DNA of 64,000 nt from Gnetum montanum (taxonomy: Eukaryota; Plantae; Gnetophyta): the NCBI GenBank assembly GCA_015680685.1, contig MNCI01001986.1:309618-373617 (forward strand), written 5' to 3'. The notes beneath the pieces are model-generated. The model saw nothing but the letters and a program-made list of their open reading frames with translations, did no database searches and was not told the DNA's origin. Positions within the stretch are counted from its first letter, which is position 1. Each line of letters starts with the position of its first letter. The translations under genes and the position numbers were made by a program. Shown piece after piece: positions 23,894-37,900 of the stretch.

Positions 23894-26800
23894 GTTCATA
23901 TGGGGTAAAGCCAAGAGATGATTTATGTAACATATGAATAGTCCATAATGCATCAAATAAATGATAAGACTACTATGTTCTATTCTTTCTTACAACTTTC
24001 TGCAAAATGTTTTTGATTTCCTTATTTATAGTTTCAACTAAATCATTTGATTAAGGATGATAGGTAGTAGCAATATGATGTGTAATTTCCATTTTGTGTA
24101 ACAATTTCTCTATTATATCATTAAAAAAATGTGTGTCCTGATTACTAATTAAGATTCATGGGCATCCAAAGCATAGAATTAAGTCTTCACTCAAGAACCC
24201 AACTATAGTTTTCGCATCATCGTGCCTAGTTGCTTTCACCAAAACTCATTTGGTGAGATAATCAATGGAAACTAAAATATACTTAAAAGAAATTCTTGAA
24301 GGAAATGGATCCATGAAATTAATTTCCTAACAATCAAAGGACTCACTTTCCATCGAGAAAGACAACAATGGCATGTCTTGCCATCTTGTGAGTCCTCCTA
24401 TTCATTCGAATTGATGACATCTCTTACAATATGCATAAGTATGTTTAAAAACTTAGGGCAATAACAACTAGCATGAAGGATTTTGTATAATTTTTTTTAC
24501 TTGAAAAGTGTCCTCCATACACTCCATCATGGTTAAAAGCAACTACCTCTTGTTGTTCTTGTGCAAGTAGACATTGTTGAATGATTTGATCTTTGCAAAT
24601 CTTATACATAAATGGATCTTCCCAAATGAATTATTTAAGAATTAAGAACTTAGAAGGGGAGGATGAATAAGTTCCCTAAAATAAAATTAAATAGCCACAA
24701 AAACCACACTCAAAATTTACATGGTTCCCCAACTTGGGTACTTCATACTTGAAGGGTAGATTCCTTACATGCCTCCAGACTTTTTTTCTTAAAAAGTGGT
24801 CTAAAGGGCACCAAACCCTGTACAAGCTCTAACCTCTACTTTGAAGTGTTTCATCACTATGAAATCACTCAACCTTCCAACCTTTACAAATTAAGATCTA
24901 TTCCAAAGCATTTTGACATTACATAAACACTCAATCTTCAGGATCCCAACAAGCTTACTTATGATGCCTTCTTGCAAGAAGCATATCAACCCCAGTAGGG
25001 CTACAAGAGAGAAAAAAAATCACAATGACAAAATTTAATCTAAAATTATAGGTCCTTATACTTTGAAGCATAGTTCTACAAAAAATTAAGCAAATGATTT
25101 GACAACTAAAGTACGCAAGTACATTATACAATGATTACTTTGATAGTGATGATTCTTGCTCAAAAATTACACAATACCCAAGAGAATAAAGTATTCTTAT
25201 AGCCTTAAAGTTTCCAAAATCACCTTGGAATTTGTGTAGACATATCCTTTGAGATTGGGATGTCTTTTTGAAATTGACTTCAAATTTTGGGAGACGTTTC
25301 CTCTAGAAATGGGATGTCTCTATGGAGATGTCTTCTCTAGAATGGAGGCATCTTCTTTTTTTTGGTAGAAATCTTCTCTAAAAGGTCTTCACTTTAACAA
25401 ATATGTCTTCTCAACTTTTGAATTTTGTTTCTTAAGGCTTCCTCTTGATCACTAGAGCATCTTCATTTAGGTTGTAGTCCTCCTACTCCTTCATGCTCCC
25501 TTGAGTCTTTGTAGTCTCCACTTTATTATCTCTATGTAGATGTCATTTCTTCCATGCTTCCTTGAGTCCTTGTAGTCTCTACTTTGACATCTCATTCATG
25601 CCTTGCAAAACATCACTTTTCATAACATTCTATATTCTCCATTTTCCTTAAGGTTTTGACATATCAAAAGGTCAACAATCTTCCCCTTTTTGGTGATGTC
25701 CAAAACATAAGAAAATGGGTGAGTCAATAAACTAATAAATAGTAACAATAATCAATAAAAATATTAAGACATATAAATTTCAATGGAAGCCAAGGTTATA
25801 AATAGGATAATGGCTCTAAAGCTCAAAGCACAAGGTAGAGATTGCATGAACCACATAAAACTTGCCTACAACAAAACACATGATATAGAAGCATGATTTG
25901 TCTATAGCATAATCCATCCTCAAAAACTATCCACAATACATACGATTGTTGAAACATCCATATCATGTACAAAAATCAAATATGTGTAAGTCCATAACAA
26001 AAATCACATATGTGCACATCATCAAACTACTCATAAACATCATCATAACTATTCAAAATGTCCATGTTCATATACATAAAAAACTCTTTCTCCCTTTTTG
26101 GACATCATCAAAAAAGAGGGATGACCCAAGGACTCTAATCATTGACCTCTATAGCATCATCAAAGTCCTCAGTTGAAGTAGCTTCAACACAAGAAGGTCT
26201 ATAAGTCTCTTCCTCATCATCATCACTACTCATGATGCCACTAGATGTGTGTGGGTCATCATCATCATCTAAAGAGGATGGCTAGGTAGGAGCTCTTCAC
26301 AAATGAATATTCACTCTAAATTGAGATGAAGTTGGTGGATTTGGCTAGGCTAGAGTCTACTATTAGGATGAGGAAGCTCCCTTCCTCTAATAAGTAATGG
26401 CATCAGTAGGCTTCCATTGGGATGAAGTCCCAAAGATGCTCTCCATGGCATGCTACTTGAATGATTTAAGAGCATCATCCTGATGATGAGAACTAGTGTC
26501 AAGATACATGGGATCAAGATGCTCCCCCTAGACATGTGCCAATGGTGCATCAAGCTCCTCAAAATCAAACTCATTTCTTGAGTCAAAGGCCTGGGAGGGT
26601 CCAACTACTATAGAGTGTCTCAGTGGAGTAGAAAGGTCCTCCTCACTATCTAAGATGAAAGGAGTGCTGATCTTCTTAAACTACTACTTATCAGGAGGAA
26701 GAGGTACTCTAGTAGTGTCCATTCTCTTATGCAAGTAAGAGAGATTCCTACCAAGCATCCCAAAAGTATGAACAAATAGTTGAAGTAGCTTCTTCAGTGA

Positions 26801-29800
26801 AGATCTCACCTATCCACCAGTAGATTTGGACCTTCTTAAATGAGAAAAGGTCCTAGATAATTATGCTAATCTCTTCTTCTATGATGGAGGTGGCTTGGTG
26901 TTAGGTATTGCTTCATTTGCATGGGAGAAGCTCCTCTTCTCTGCATACTCACCAATGCTCCTCTTGCCTTTAAGAAAAGGAATCTTTAGAATGGATCCAT
27001 CTCTTTGATGGATTAACAAGCTGATGAGGTGTTGTAATCTCTACTTTGACATCTCATTCATGTCCTACAACACATCACTTTCCACAACATTCTAGATTGT
27101 CCATTTTTCTTAAGGTTTTGACATACCAAAAGGTCAACATTATTGTGCCTTGATGATGAAGGTTTATTTCTGTCCTTTAGTCCAAGACTTTGGAAATTTG
27201 CATATAACTAAATAATTAGCAATATCCACATATCAACAATCTAGAACCTTAGGAATAACTACCTTAGCCTAACAAGCAAATAGCTACTCATCTAGGAATA
27301 CATCATTAAAGGAATAAGATGTCTCCAAATCTACATTATGCTCCAATCTAGACAAATGATCTGCCACTAAATTTTTAGATCCCTTTTTAGCACAAATAAC
27401 CAAATTGAATTCTTGCATTAAAAGATGCAAAAAAATTAATCTTGGACTTTTAGTTCATTTATTATGCCAATATTTAATAGCAGCATGATAAGTAAATACT
27501 ATAGTATAAAAACTAATTAAATAATGATGAAATTTATCTAAACTATATATGACTATTAACATCTCTTTTTTAGTAGTAGTATAATTAACTTGAATAGGGG
27601 TTAATGTCTTAGAAATATAATAAATAACATATGAAACATTATCTTTACACTGATCCAATACAACTTCAAATGCAAAATCTGAGATATATGTCATAAGTTT
27701 AAAGTCTTTACTTCAGTCAAATGCCTGCAATATTGATGTTAAAGAAAGCTTAGATTTTAAGACTTCAAATGCATTTTAGAGATCTTCATTCCACTTGAAA
27801 ATAATATCTTTTTGTAACATTTTCACCAATGATTGAGTAGTCAATGAAAAAGCTTTTATGAATCATCTATAAATACCAGCATGTCCCAAAAATGCATATA
27901 AATCTTTCACATTAACAGGATGAGCAAGACGAGAGATAACCTTTATTTTTTCAGGATCTACAGAAATTTCCTTCTTACTCACAATGTGACCTAACACAAC
28001 ACTAGAGGAGACCATGAAATGACACTTTTCCCAAGATAATCTAAGACCCTTATCAATACACTTATGCAAGACCAGTTTAAGATAATGCAAAGCATCAAAT
28101 AATGAATCATTGTAGACTACAAAATTGTCTATGAAAACCTTAAGAAATGAATCAATCATATCTGAATAAATAGATGTCATAGCTTTTTGAAACGTAGCAG
28201 GAGCATTACACAGCCCAAAGGGCATATGTCAAAATGGAAAAGTCCCTCATGGTGTAGTAAACATTGTTTTATGTTGATCTTCCTGGGCAATTGAAATCTA
28301 ATTATAATCAATAAAACCATCAAGAAAAGAATAAAATGTATGCCCTTGAAGTTTGTCTAAAACCTAATCTAAATATGGAATTGGAAAGTGATCCTTTCTT
28401 ATGCATTTATCTAATTCATGAAAATCAATACAAACACATCACTTTCCAGAAATTTTTATGCACTATTGTAATAGGACTAATCCATTGATAATTAGAAATC
28501 AAATAAATAATACTTACCTTAAAAAATTTCAAAAGTTCATCTTTTATCTCTTATTTTAAAGCTAGGTTTAGCCTCCTACATGGCTATTGTCATTGTCTAG
28601 CCTTAGCCTACAAATGGATATGATCCTAAATAATGGATGGAGAAATCCCATGCTTAAGATCTAAAGGTGACCAAGAAAAATCATTGACAGAAGTCATTAG
28701 AACATGAATCAATCTATGTTCTTGATCAATGGTTAATCTTGAACTAAAAATCAATGGTTTATTATTCTTAGCATAAATATATTTCAAGTGAGAAGGAAGT
28801 TTCTTTAAATTTAAAGTTATCTCCTCACCATTTGCAATAGAAGAACAATTCTCTAATTTACAAAAATCCTTACCAATTAAAGAATCTTCCACTTGGGTAC
28901 ATATGAGCTATCTTCAATCATCCATAGTTACCTCTTTATATTCTTCCAATATGAGTACTTGATATTCCTCATCTCAATCACATAATTCTAGAGAAACCAT
29001 GTTTGCTACAACAATGTTGACCATATTAAGCTCATAAAATTGAAATTGGTTATCAAGGATATATATATTGACTAAAAACATTCATCAAATGTCAAAGTCA
29101 TTAATCCATTTTTCACATAAATAATCGCATCCATAGTTACCAACATAGGCATGTCAAAAATCAAATGATAGATATTATTCAATGAAGATGTATAATAAGC
29201 TAGCATAATGAAATCAATAGGGTACAAAGCTTTATCTACATGTACCAAAATATCCTTACCAATACCTTTCAGATAAATAGGAGACCCATCAATCAAAGAA
29301 ATGGGAATATTGGTAGGTCTAATATGATCATAATCCAATGATTGATAAATCTAAAACTACATAACATGTACACTAGCCTCTAGAGCTACTAAAGCAAGAT
29401 GAAATTTCCTATTACAAATCATGCAACCAATCATAGAACTACTAAGATCTGTTGTCTCTTTAGGCATCCTAGCCTTCAAAATATTTGTGATAGTTTTAGC
29501 AAGGCTAATATGCTTGGGTATTTTAATTTTCTTTTTCATAAAATAAAGTTATTTAAGGTATTTAGGTTATTGAGGGGTATTTTCAATAGCTCTTAATAAT
29601 GGAACATGTAGGGTGAAATCTTTAAAAAGATTCTCAAGTTGCTTATCATTAACCTCATTTGATTCTAATCTATGAGAAAAAGATGCCTATAGAGAAAAGA
29701 ATTAACGGCTTCTTTAAAGGAATATTTGGATTAGGCACTTCCCTCATAGAAGGTTCCCTTGCAAATATTCTTTCATATTAATCCTCTAATTCATTGTTCT

Positions 29801-32800
29801 CAATAGACCTCTAAAAAGGAGTTTAAAGATTAGTAACTCTTTTGCTTCTAGTCACCACATGACATTGGTCCAAGTTGGTTGTTAAAACCATATATAATCC
29901 TTGTCTTCCTTGATACTTAGGATTTCTTTTGGTTTGTGCTGGTGATATGCTCTTAGGTTGTAAGGATTGAATAAGCTTAATTATATGATCAGTTTGTTGC
30001 TAAAAAGTGTATTGAAAATTTTCATTTTATTATAGCATTTATTATTGAAACTCATGGTTTTGATTGGGTCTCCAAGATCGGTTGAAATTATTATTATAAT
30101 TTTGATAATTAAGCTAAAATGGAGGATGTAACTGATAATTTTGGTTTTGATTGGAAATCCATCCCCTACCTTGTGGAGTTGAACTTCTCCCCTATCCACT
30201 GTGACTTCCTACAACATTAGCTTGTTATTTAACAAAGGGAAAAATGGGAAAATCATGAGTAGTATGGTCAATATCCTTACAAATTACACAAGCATAAGGA
30301 AAATCCATACCTCTAGCCTAGGGTTAGTTAGTGTTGTGAATTCCCTCATTTGTATGAACTGATGATGCTTGTTGCTAACACTAGAAAGATTGACCCTACA
30401 CACTAGTAATTGATGACATAGATAAAGATGATAATTTATTATTAACCTCCTCAATTTTTTTCCAAACCTCTCATCACTGTATCCTCTAACACATCAAATT
30501 TTTTATTCAGAGGCCAACTTTTGCTTTGATCCACTATTTGATCTAATGCATTAAATGTTACTTCTGGTGCCATTTGCATAATTGTACCACCACAAGCAAA
30601 ATCAATACTCTATCATGTAATAGGTGTCAAACCATCAAGAAAAAATCCTAACAATTGACATTCCAAAAAATCATGATCAGGGTTCCTTATTCTAATATCT
30701 TTAAAACACTCCTAGACATATTCATAAGTTTCATTTTCTTTTTATTGAAAGCCTGAAAGCTATTTCTTATATTGATGGATTTTTGCAGAAAAAATAAATT
30801 TAAAAATTCATCCTTAAAACCTTTCCAACATTGAATATAATATTATTTTAACAATCTACATCATGATAATGCATAATCTCTAAATGTAAGAGGAAAGAAA
30901 CTTATTTTAGTATATTCCATATCATTATTACCACAAGTGATTATCAATGTTTCAAATGCTTTTAGATGATGATATGGGTCTTCATCTTTTATACCATAGA
31001 ATTGAGGAAATTTTGATAAATTTTTAATCTCAACATCTTGTCTAGCAGGCAACAAAAGGGGGGAAAGAGTAGTTATTGATTTTCTCCTCATTAAATCTTT
31101 TAACAAAAGTTGATTAGGTATTTTTTGATAAGGAACTTGATTCTAAAATTATAAAATTGGTTACCTAGAGGTACTAAATGATGAGGAAAAGGATGTGGTA
31201 TTTGGTGAAATCCTTAATTTCAAAATTATGGTTGAGGCATACATTGTGATTGAGAAGTCTACATATTAAATATTGGTTGGATACTTTGAGGAATATTCAT
31301 CAATGATAGAGTGTTAGAAAGATTGTTGGGGTACTTGCATAAATGTAGTTTGATATGGTGCTAGTGGTAGAATAGTTATACTACAAGACATAGGAATAGG
31401 TTGTGGATTAAAAGAAATGGTAGGTTGTACTACCGATTGATGAATCTAAGTCATATTAGAAAAATTCATATGAATAATAGGTTGTGCCAATTAAGAAACA
31501 ATAGAAGAAATATTTGATATAATAGGCACTTATGTTGGAGCAAGAAGAGAGTGAGAAATTGATTAATTAGGTAATGGTGGCAATGTGTTTTGGGAAGCTT
31601 GTGTCAAAGCATTCAATAGGGTTTTTTGATTGGATTGTAAATTTTGTTGATGTAATTGCTACTAGCATAAAATATTAGAAGGATTATTAGTAGTATTAGC
31701 ATGGTACATAAAATTGACTTATGAAGGAAAGATTGAGTACAAGAAGATGGACTCACCATTTGTGCAAATAAAGGGATGGTTGATTATTGTTAAAAAATAA
31801 GTTGTGAGTTGCTACAAATAATGTCTGGAGGAAACTCTATCTTGCAAGTTCATCTAGGTTGCATGAGCATGTAGTACCTTGCCAAACTTGATTTTAACTT
31901 CCTATGCTGCTTCCATCTCCATTTGAAGCTAACTTCACTTGTTCCTCAATCCTCTATCTTTTGAAAATTTCTTTTAGTAGTTGTAGGATAGACATTGTTC
32001 CTTAGATGAATTTGAAGTTCATTGGGAATCAAATTCTAACATAATACCTTACATTGCGGGTGGTTTTGGGTTGCATGAGCTCATATCTATCTGTCCAAGT
32101 CCAAAAATAGAGGAAACTAAGTGCAAAAGAGCATCAATTCACATCCTAACACTTATCATGATGTCTTCTATTATCTTTGTTAAATTTCTAATCATAGGTT
32201 CTTCCTTCTCATCTATGTTCATCCTCACTAGAGCTTGATGATGAGAATGAAGAGGAAGATGATGAGTTGAGAGAGCCATACTGGCTTGGTCTCCTTCCAT
32301 GATTCCTAGAATTGTCTTACCTTTGTCTAATAAATGACCTACACCTATGGGCCCTTTTGGTTTTTGGATATATTCCATCTCTTTTATGATTATTTATCAA
32401 GGTTTAACATAGCCTTAGATTATGAAAATTATCAATGTTAAATAAGGAATATCATTAACATTAAGACCTTTCCAATCAATAATTCATATCCTTACTTTTA
32501 AAATGAAAGTGGACTAGGATAGTGTGTTTGAATTTGTCTTGTTTATATCAAGTTCACATCATGTGGTCCAATCGATGCTAGGCTTCTATTGGTTGATAAG
32601 GTTTGGCCATATTTTTATCAATTTGGTGGCCTTTGAAATGATGGCAAAGACCAAATTTCATGAGAACAACATGGAGCATTGATGGAGCTTCCCTACCAAG
32701 AGGTATCATAATATTAACTTGAACATTCCTTCATTAGAATAAATCATCCTAATAATATATGAAGTTAAATTCAAGCATGTAAAGATCTTCCTAGACAAAA

Positions 32801-33600
32801 GAGAGCATTGATTACAATGGTTCATACTTCTTGTTATCATCTCCTATTCCATTATTACCTCTTGAGGGATAAATTAGTAGTATGTGAGTCTTGTCAATAT
32901 CTGATATTTTCAAAAAGATCAATCTTTACAAACTTGTATAATAATTATATATGATATAACATCCTAAACTATTAACATGGTCCTTGGAAATAGTTCAAAA
33001 ACATGAGAAGCAAGTATGCCCAATACTCTACCATATGATCTACAAGCATCACAATAGACTATAATGTAATTCATAGATGATACATCTCTTGAACTCACAC
33101 AGTCACTACTGAGGTTACCAAGTACTACATTACTAGGAAAACCAATCAATAACATTGTTTGGATTAGCAAATATTTGTGTCCTTATGCTCAAAATTGGTC
33201 ATGCTAGTTCTTCCAAGTTACTAACATGTATAGGAAATTAAATCATTAAGCTAAGTTCATGATAATTAAATTGTAATTAAAGTAAATCTAAACTAAGTTA
33301 AAGTACTAAAATGGAAGGGAATCCATCTCAATCTTTATTACCACTCATGAAATGTGTTTAGATATATTCCACTCAAATAAGGATTATAGAAAATTAACTC
33401 AAACTCATGTTGTGGGCACTCACTAACCTCTACTAGGAACTAAGAAATAAAATTGCAAGAGTTTAACTATCTATTACATTAATGATGTAATTAACATTAT
33501 AGGTAGAACTATTTAAAGGAATTATTATAGCTACAACTTCGTATCTATTACATTGCATCATAGGATATGATGTTGCATCTATGACATTGCAACCTATCCA
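23894..33600 (-). mobile_element. Athila-type gypsy element D (LTR remnant ~32960-33600, gag, PR, RT, RH, INT), integrase split by 24636-27139
   Basis: FPQFYGIKDEDPYHHLKAFE (gag); MPFGLCNAPATFQKAM..FIDNF..SWEKCHFMV (RT); NYTTTKKEML (RH); WEDPFMYKIC..HDGVYGGHF resumes at ~24625 after the insertion. Confidence 0.88.
24636..27139 (-). mobile_element. Internally deleted Sirevirus-type copia element G (5' LTR stub, env-like tail, multiple PPTs, complete 3' LTR 25677-24636)
   Basis: TSD TTATT at 24631-24635 and 27140-27144; TGTTGACC starts at 27139 and 25677 (minus strand); PPT at 25678-25693 and another at ~26085-26120. Confidence 0.9.
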
Positions 33601-33639
33601 AAAAAATAATTCATCACCTTTTCAAGATCTTGATCCATG

Positions 33640-34600
33640 GAAATTTTCAAGTATATGATAAGTACCTAAGATGTCTCTTGGATTTAGAATAAAAACTTAT
33701 CTATGCATAATATCCATTTCTTTTCTTTATGACTATATAATGAATTAAAGCCTAAGGTTTTTCCATTAAAGATTATACTCCTAATGCATCCCATTTTAAA
33801 AAAGTGGATTAAAGCATCTATATCAACTTATCTTGAAATCATATCTAAGAAAGACACACTTTCTCTCTCTATCATCTAGTTTTTCCATAAGATCATTGGG
33901 GATTTTTACATAACATACACAACCAAATATCTTGAGATGGGATATATTTAGCATCTTATCATACAATAGCTCATGGAAGTCTTGTCATCATATGGAGAGG
34001 TCATTAGCCTATTCAAGATGTTAATGACTATGTGAGCTACCTCATTGTAATAAGAATTAAGGGTTGAGACATGCTTCAATAAGCATTGAAACATTTCTTG
34101 AATCACTTCATTTTCCCCATCTTTAATATCCACACTCATAATTAGTTTTCTTACTTATGCCATAATTTTTATAAAATTCATCAAAATGATCATTCACAAA
34201 TTCATCCTTTTTATCACTTCTTATATTTTTTTATCTTTGAGACAAATCAATTTTCTTCTGACTTCTTAAGATTTTGGTAGCTAAGAATTCAAACACTTCA
34301 TCTTTGGAGTGGAGAATGTATGTCAAAGTATACATAGAAAATTCATCAATAATCATCAAAAAATATTTACCTCCTCTATGTCCAATGATGGGCATTACGT
34401 CCATAACCTTCATATGTAGTGACTTGAATTAATTCTTGTAGGATTCTTAGACTAGAAATCAATGCATCAGAAGTATATGAGTTGAGGTCTTTTGTTTAGA
34501 CTATGATTTCAATCAAATTTCAAACTTATATTTCTCATACAATATAGTCAAGGCTTACAATTGTATTCCTTTATGTTCTTAAGACACAATGTGAGCCTCT
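33640..34600 (-). pseudogene. Old Ty1/copia integrase remnant
   Basis: MDVMPIIGHRGGKYFLMIIDEFSMYTLTYILHSKDEVF is a copia rve core; the rest is heavily decayed. Confidence 0.7.
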
Positions 34601-34932
34601 TAAGAAAGTGGTGACGTAAGTTATGGTTAAAATTTTTCTTTACCACAAGTCATCGATATCTCATGGTTATTCATCATAGGTCATGGATAAGTTTTAGTTC
34701 TTCAAAAAATACAAAGAATAATAAGTATATCCAAACTATTAAAACCACTAGTGTTAGGATGAGTTTTGTTCTTGATCATGACTTAATCACATGTCATAGT
34801 GGCCTTTCTAATCCTTTTGTAGTTTAAATGAGTGTTTACAAACTCATCTTAAATTATGAAGACTTGAAAAAGTAAACCATAAGTTGTGGTCTAAGAAAAG
34901 TTTCAAAAATCTAGATCATAGATTGTGATTGA

Positions 34933-37900
34933 TGTTGACCTTTTTGGTATGTCAAAACCTTAAGGAAATTGGAGATTGTAGAATGTATGTGAGGTGATTA
35001 TGAGTTTGTAGAGCCATGAACAAGAACTTCACATGGAGATCTAAGATTTAAAAAATGAGATCCATGGTGAGATGTCAAAACAAAGACTAAGTACACTAGA
35101 TGAGAGCATGGATGAAAACGAAGTCTACAAACTAAGTAAAGATGCTTTGAAGACTACCTAGAAGCCCAAGGATCATAAAAATGCTTCATCTCTCAAAGTG
35201 TTTTTAAGAGTAGATGTTTGGCAAAGACAGTAGAAGCATAACTCACACAGTAGATGTCTACAGGAAGACGTCTCACAATAGACATCTACTTTTCCAAGTA
35301 TACATCTCTCATGCATTAGAAGCTATCTTAGGTAGACACCGAAACTTCAAAGTAGATGTCTACACTAGTTATTTAATAGTTGTTGCATGAATTTTGCAGA
35401 GTTTTTAAAAACTTAGAGGCTATAAGACAATGTAAAAATCTTGGGAACTAGCAAGCATTGTTTACATAAAAGACTTATCATTGGCTATTTGAAGAAAATT
35501 TTTTTCCTCTTCATTGTAACATCATTTGCTTGTTGTAATTGTACTGAGCTTCAAGTACAAGAATTTGTCAATTTAGTTACATTATTTTCTTTTATCTTTT
35601 CTTTCTATCTTGTAGCCCTGTAGGGTTGATGTACTTCTTATAAAAGGACATCCTTGTTTGAGCTTGTCAGAATCCCATAGGATTAAGTGGTTTTGAAACA
35701 TCAAAATACTCTAGTGTAAAGCTCAATTTTGTAAAGGTTGTGGGATCCTTGAAACACATTTTGGGCTTGTTGGAACCTTATGGGGTTGAGTGGTTTTACA
35801 ATAATGAAACACTCCAGAGTAGAGCTCAAAGCTTGTACAAATTGTCATATCCTTCGAACCACATTTTGAAGAAACAAAGTTCAAAGGAGTGCATGAATTC
35901 TACCCTTTGAGTGTAGATGTACCTAATTTGGGGAATCACATAAAATTGGTGTGTTTTGTGGCTAGTGCAATCTTAACTTGGGAAACTTTTTCAACCTCCC
36001 TTCTAAGTTCTCAATCCAAAAGTGGTATCAGAATGTGGTAATATCACATAGATAACTCAACATGAACATGGAAGGGGTAACTAATATCATATCACTGGCA
36101 GCTGTCGGATTCAATTGGATAATTAAATTGATATGCTTCATAAAAATCATCTTGAAAAGTTGCATTTAACTCCTTTGCTACATACGTAAAGGTAAACGTT
36201 ATATTTTCTCTTCTATATTCCATTATATATGCAATGGACAAGGCCATATGACCTCCAAAAGAGATTGTAACTACAAGTCCAGCAACATCTATAACAATTT
36301 GGATAAGAAAAGAAGTCTCTAAAGGATGAATCAAAAGCTACTTATCACCTATGTCTTTCTTTGAAAAATAGAGAATCTATTGAGGATCATAGATGTCATC
36401 ACAAAGATGATGAAATATTCTTTGAAGAAAGTATGATTTGCTTTGTAATGAAATTATTTCCTTTCAAAATCTCTGCTTTAAAATGAAAGGAATCTTACAT
36501 GACAAGGAGACAAAGACTGCAACTCTTAATTCAGAATGCTACTATCTTAGGAAAGAAAATTCAAGCCTAATGTCTAAGATTCAAAGACTAACTAATGTTA
36601 TTGAGTAGATTAATAAGAAATTTTCAAAGGAAAAGCTCAAAGACCAATTGCAAAAAGATGAATACATCAAGAAGAAAAAGAATGTACACATTAAGGCTTC
36701 TTTAGGTTCTTCAAAAAGGTGTTCTTCTAGGTTTGGTAATGCAACAATATTTAGGACCTTAAATTGCTTTTATTGTGAAAAATCTGGACATGTTCAGGCT
36801 TGTTACCATCTATGGATGAAATATTACACTTGGTCTTTTTAGAAATATCCTAGACAAGGTGCCTTGTAGGGAAAGAAAGTTTTTAAGCAAAAAGAGAAGA
36901 AATCTGAACAAAACACAATCGTGCAAGTTGCTCTCTCTACTATTAAAATAAGCACATGGTATATTAATAGTATCTATTCAAGACATATGACGGGAGATAA
37001 ATCCCAATTCATAAACTTTTCAAAACAGAACTATGGAACCATCACATTTAAAGATGACATGAGAGCTCCTATAACAAGTATTGATACTATAGGAGGAGGG
37101 AAAGGTAAGGATCAACCTATTGTAAATAAATTTTTCTTTGTTAAAGGGATAAAGCATAATCCTCTTAGTGTCAGTCAACTTTGTGATTTAAATTTTAATG
37201 TTACTTTTTCCAAAGAAGCTTGCAAAATAAAAGATTTAACTTCTGGAAACATTATTATAGAAGGAACTAGAAAGGAAAATCCTTACACCAGTATATTTAG
37301 AGATAATCCTAACCTTAATTCCAAGTGCTTGATTAGTAATATAGATGATGCTCATATGTGGTATAGAAAATTAGGCCACATAAACAAAGAAATTATTTAG
37401 ACCTTGGTAACAAAGGAAATGGTTCATGGATTGTCTAAACTCAAATATTTCAATTTGATCAGTTATGAAGCATGCCAAAAAGGAAAGAAAACAAGGGTAA
37501 GGTTTGGTAAGAAAAATTTCATCTCTACCTCTCATCCCTTAGATTTACTTCAGATGGATTTGGTTGGTCCTTCTCAAACACATAGTTTAGGAAAGAAAAG
37601 GTATTTTCTAACCATTATTGATGACTACTCTTATTTTACTTGGGTTGCATTTGTATATCACAAGGATGAAGAATTTGATCATTTCTTAAGCATTTGTAAT
37701 TAGATATAGAAAGAAAAAAGCTATGGTATCAAATTCATCATGAGTGAAAATGGAGGCAAATTCAAGAATGCTAAATTTGAACAATATTGTCAAATGAATG
37801 GCATTCTTTGTCAATTTTGTACTACAGGGAATCCCCAAAAAAATGGTGTAGCTAAAAGGAAAAATAGGATCTTGAATAAAATGAGGAGGACTATATTGAA

